Shown: positions 61,548 through 64,000 of the stretch, piece by piece
Position numbering within the stretch: position 1 is the first letter of the stretch
Layout of the letters: every line of letters starts with the position of its first letter
From: Candidatus Pacearchaeota archaeon
GTDB lineage: Archaea > Nanobdellota > Nanobdellia > Pacearchaeales > GW2011-AR1
Assembly (NCBI GenBank): GCA_023133415.1
Contig: JAGLWM010000001.1
Coordinates: 13,207-77,206 of the forward strand
Length of the DNA: 64,000 bases
Direction: 5' to 3'
Translations under genes and position numbers: made by a program
The notes under the pieces: generated by a model
What the model was told of the DNA's origin: nothing
Database searches by the model: none
The model's input: the letters and a program-made list of their open reading frames with translations, nothing else

Positions 61548-63092
61548 ATGGATGAAAAATTAATTGTTGAATCGTTATCTCCTATGGAAAAGGGAGTCCT
61601 TCCAGAACTGATAAAGGATTTTTTGGATATTGAGAGTGTTTCGAAGAAGAGTAGATTAGATAAAACGACGGTTTTGAGGGCGGTTGGGTTGCTCGAAAAG
61701 AAAGGTTTGGTTGAGGTTGAAAGTTCGGAAGTGAAGAGAGTTGATTTGGGAATTTTGGGAATTAACTATTTGAAGAAGGAGTTGCCAGAACGGACATTGC
61801 TGAATAGGTTGAATGAGAAGAAGGTGGTTCCGATTGGGGAGATTAGGAATGTTTGTGGGTTGAATGAGAATGAGGCGAAGGTTGCTTTGGGTGTTTTGAA
61901 GAAGAAGGCTTTGATCGAGATTGATAGTGGAAAAGTGAAGTTGGCGGCAAAGGGAGATGAGGTTAGCAATAAAATGATTGAGGAGATTTTCATGGAGAAG
62001 TTGCCTTTGGCTTTGGATGAGATTGTGGATTTGGATGCTTTGGCTTTTGAGAATTTGAGGAAGAGGAAGGATGTTATTGAAGTTATTGAGGGAAAGATTG
62101 CGATGGTTCGGTTGACGGATTTGGGAGTGAAGATTTCTGATATAGACTTGAATGTTGATATGCTGGAGGCGTTGACGCCGAAGATGTTGAAGGGAACAGG
62201 CTGGAAAGGGAAGAAGTTTAGGCGGTATGATTTGGGTTCGCCAATTTCGAGGATTTATGGAGGGAAGAGGCATTTTGTGAATCAAGCGACGGATTATGCG
62301 AAATCAATTTGGCTGGAGATGGGGTTTAAGGAGATGACGGGAAATATGGCTGAGACAGGTTTTTGGGTTTTTGATAGTTTGTTTACGGCGCAGGACCATC
62401 CGGTTCGTGAGATGCAGGATACTTTTTATTTGGAGGGAATGGTTGGAAAATTGCCTACTCGGTGCAAAAATAAAAAAGATTGTATGTTGTCTAATATTCA
62501 AAAGGCACACGAGGGTGGTATTAATGGAAGTAAGGGTTGGCAGTATAAGTGGGACGAAGAGGATGCGAAAAAGATTTTGTTGAGGACGCACACAACTTGT
62601 CTTTCTATAAAGAAGCTTTGGGAAATAGGGAAAACGAAAGAGTTTCCGGCGAAATATTTTGCTCTTGGGAAGTGTTTTAGGAATGAGACTGTGGATTGGT
62701 CGCATGGTTTTGAATTTAATCAAACTGAAGGAATTGTGGTTGATGAAAATGCGAATTTTAGACAGTTGCTTGGATATTTGAAGCAGTTTTTTGGGAAAAT
62801 GGGTTATGAGAAAATTCGAATTCGACCGGCGTATTTTGCGTATACCGAACCGTCGTTAGAGATTGATGTTTGGCATCCTGTGCATGAGAAATGGTTGGAG
62901 CTTGGGGGAGCAGGGATGTTTCGTCCCGAGGTTACGATTCCAATGTTTGGTCGACATATTCCCGTGTTAGCTTGGGGTCCTGGATTTGACAGGATGATTA
63001 TGGAGTTTTTTGGAATTAATGACTTGAGAGAAATGTATAAGAATGATTTAAATAAATTGAGGGAGATGAAATTTTGGTTACGCCAGAATTAG
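61548..63092 (+). CDS. pheS: Phenylalanine--tRNA ligase alpha subunit (archaeal/eukaryotic type)
   Basis: HPVREMQDTFY, LRTHTT, CFRNETVDWSHGFEFNQTEG, and GAGMFRPEV with WGPGFDRM. Confidence 0.9.
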   Translation: MDEKLIVESLSPMEKGVLPELIKDFLDIESVSKKSRLDKTTVLRAVGLLEKKGLVEVESSEVKRVDLGILGINYLKKELPERTLLNRLNEKKVVPIGEIRNVCGLNENEAKVALGVLKKKALIEIDSGKVKLAAKGDEVSNKMIEEIFMEKLPLALDEIVDLDALAFENLRKRKDVIEVIEGKIAMVRLTDLGVKISDIDLNVDMLEALTPKMLKGTGWKGKKFRRYDLGSPISRIYGGKRHFVNQATDYAKSIWLEMGFKEMTGNMAETGFWVFDSLFTAQDHPVREMQDTFYLEGMVGKLPTRCKNKKDCMLSNIQKAHEGGINGSKGWQYKWDEEDAKKILLRTHTTCLSIKKLWEIGKTKEFPAKYFALGKCFRNETVDWSHGFEFNQTEGIVVDENANFRQLLGYLKQFFGKMGYEKIRIRPAYFAYTEPSLEIDVWHPVHEKWLELGGAGMFRPEVTIPMFGRHIPVLAWGPGFDRMIMEFFGINDLREMYKNDLNKLREMKFWLRQN

Positions 63093-63172
63093 ACATTGGG
63101 GTTAGGGTGATAAAGAGATTTGTTGGATGATAATGGAAAAAGAAAATAAGGAACAACGGATTGGGAGAGAAG

Positions 63173-63628
63173 ATGGAGATTAGTGAAGTATCTCCAATTT
63201 GGGAAAAGTTTAATGAGAAAGATAATTTAATTAAGGAGTATACTTATTGGAAACTTCTCGTGAGGAAAAATCATGTTTATCTAGGTAGTTGTGTTGTGGT
63301 TACGAAAAAGTATTTGGAAAATTTTTCTGATATGAGCGAGGAGGAAATTGTAGAGTATCTTCAGATTGTTAGGGATGTTGAGTTTGCTTTGAAGAAGTTG
63401 TGGAATTATGATGTAATCCATCATATTATGTTAATGTTTAAAGATAAGCATACGCATTTTCATATTCTTCCAAGATATCGGGAACCGAGAAACTTTGCAG
63501 GAATTGAGTGGATAGATGAATTTATGTCTAACCCGTTGGGGAAAAAGCGAGAGATTTCTCAAGAAGTTCTTAATCAGATTAGAGATGAAATTAAAAAAAC
63601 TATTGAGGTGAAAAAGAATGGAGATTAG
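63173..63628 (+). CDS. HIT family hydrolase
   Basis: HTHFHILPRY histidine triad. Confidence 0.7.
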   Translation: MEISEVSPIWEKFNEKDNLIKEYTYWKLLVRKNHVYLGSCVVVTKKYLENFSDMSEEEIVEYLQIVRDVEFALKKLWNYDVIHHIMLMFKDKHTHFHILPRYREPRNFAGIEWIDEFMSNPLGKKREISQEVLNQIRDEIKKTIEVKKNGD

Positions 63629-63935
63629 TGAGGCACAGGAAAAGGCGAAGAAATTGATTTTGCATTATGGAGATTATTGGGAACCGTTGTCTCAGTTGGC
63701 TAGATTAACCGAAGAGGTTGGAGAGTTGGCGCGGGCTATGAATATTAAGCATGGTGGAAAGAAGAGTAAGGGAGAAATGGATAATCGGAAGATTGAGAAT
63801 GAGTTAGCCGATGTTCTTTTTACGACGTTAGCTATAGCAAGTGCGCAGGGGATTGATTTGGGGAGTGTTTATGAAAAGAAGGTTAAGGCGGATTATAAGA
63901 AAATGAAGGGGGTTTATTTTAAGGATGAAGATTAA
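63618..63935 (+). CDS. MazG-like nucleotide pyrophosphohydrolase
   Basis: LTEEVGELARAM and ELADVLFTTLAIA motifs (EExxE / ExxD). Confidence 0.75.
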   Translation: MEISEAQEKAKKLILHYGDYWEPLSQLARLTEEVGELARAMNIKHGGKKSKGEMDNRKIENELADVLFTTLAIASAQGIDLGSVYEKKVKADYKKMKGVYFKDED

Positions 63936-64000
63936 ATTGACGGATATTCTTTTTTGGATTTTGATTTTCAGTTTGGTGGTTGTTGGAATATATGGGGTAT

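Noticed and set aside
1-64000. Diversity-generating retroelement, retron or other reverse-transcriptase system, which are common in DPANN/CPR genomes. Also rRNA genes.
   Set aside because: No ORF shows RT motifs (YxDD context). No template/variable repeat pair and no rRNA-like sequence were found.

Overview
This 64-kb window looks like a low-GC archaeal chromosome segment, most likely from a small-genome DPANN-type archaeon. Taxonomy is inferred from gene content only. Archaeal markers include an rpoE'-spt4-rps24e-rps27ae cluster, Elp3, RNase P p30, archaeal PheS-alpha and HisRS, archaeal UMP kinase, and two TrmB regulators. Four tRNAs are called; the intron-containing tRNA-Ile(UAU) is another archaeal marker. 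TATA-like boxes sit about 25 nt upstream of many ATGs, which suggests leaderless mRNAs. Several gene junctions overlap as ATGA.

Gene order: a glycosylation/surface cluster (1-9.7 kb: flippase, three GT4, one GT2, a large polytopic membrane protein, a secreted serine protease); housekeeping genes (elp3, trxB, htpX, thrC, lemA, a nifS/iscU Fe-S cluster, pyrB, ychF); bacterial-type cfa and dedA; more housekeeping genes (a type IB topoisomerase gene, hisS, scpA, pyrH, pheS, a Kef-type antiporter, HIT, MazG).

Observations worth a second look:
1. An 8.2-kb integrated element at tRNA-Glu is bounded by a 12-bp direct repeat. It carries a tyrosine integrase, a HEPN-like protein, a nuclease and many unassignable small DNA-binding proteins.
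2. A 1.1-kb cassette with 17-bp terminal inverted repeats and 9-bp flanking direct repeats carries only an NYN-domain gene.
3. An ~85-nt double-hairpin repeat abuts the start codons of three minus-strand genes. A fourth copy lies in frame inside elp3.
4. G-rich heptamer repeat tracts, always G-rich on the plus strand, are inserted in frame in trxB, elp3 and the flippase gene. Related GCGC-hairpin elements sit at gene ends.
5. Tandem 76-77-bp repeats each regenerate the 3' end of tRNA-Ile.
6. A translationally coupled HTH(UPF0175-like)-GNAT-PIN triplet.
7. A MutS-domain-V-like ATPase with a novel N-terminus.
8. Third-codon-position usage appears to flip with gene orientation.

No CRISPR array, rRNA or reverse transcriptase was seen. 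All family assignments come from motif recognition by eye, with no database search.
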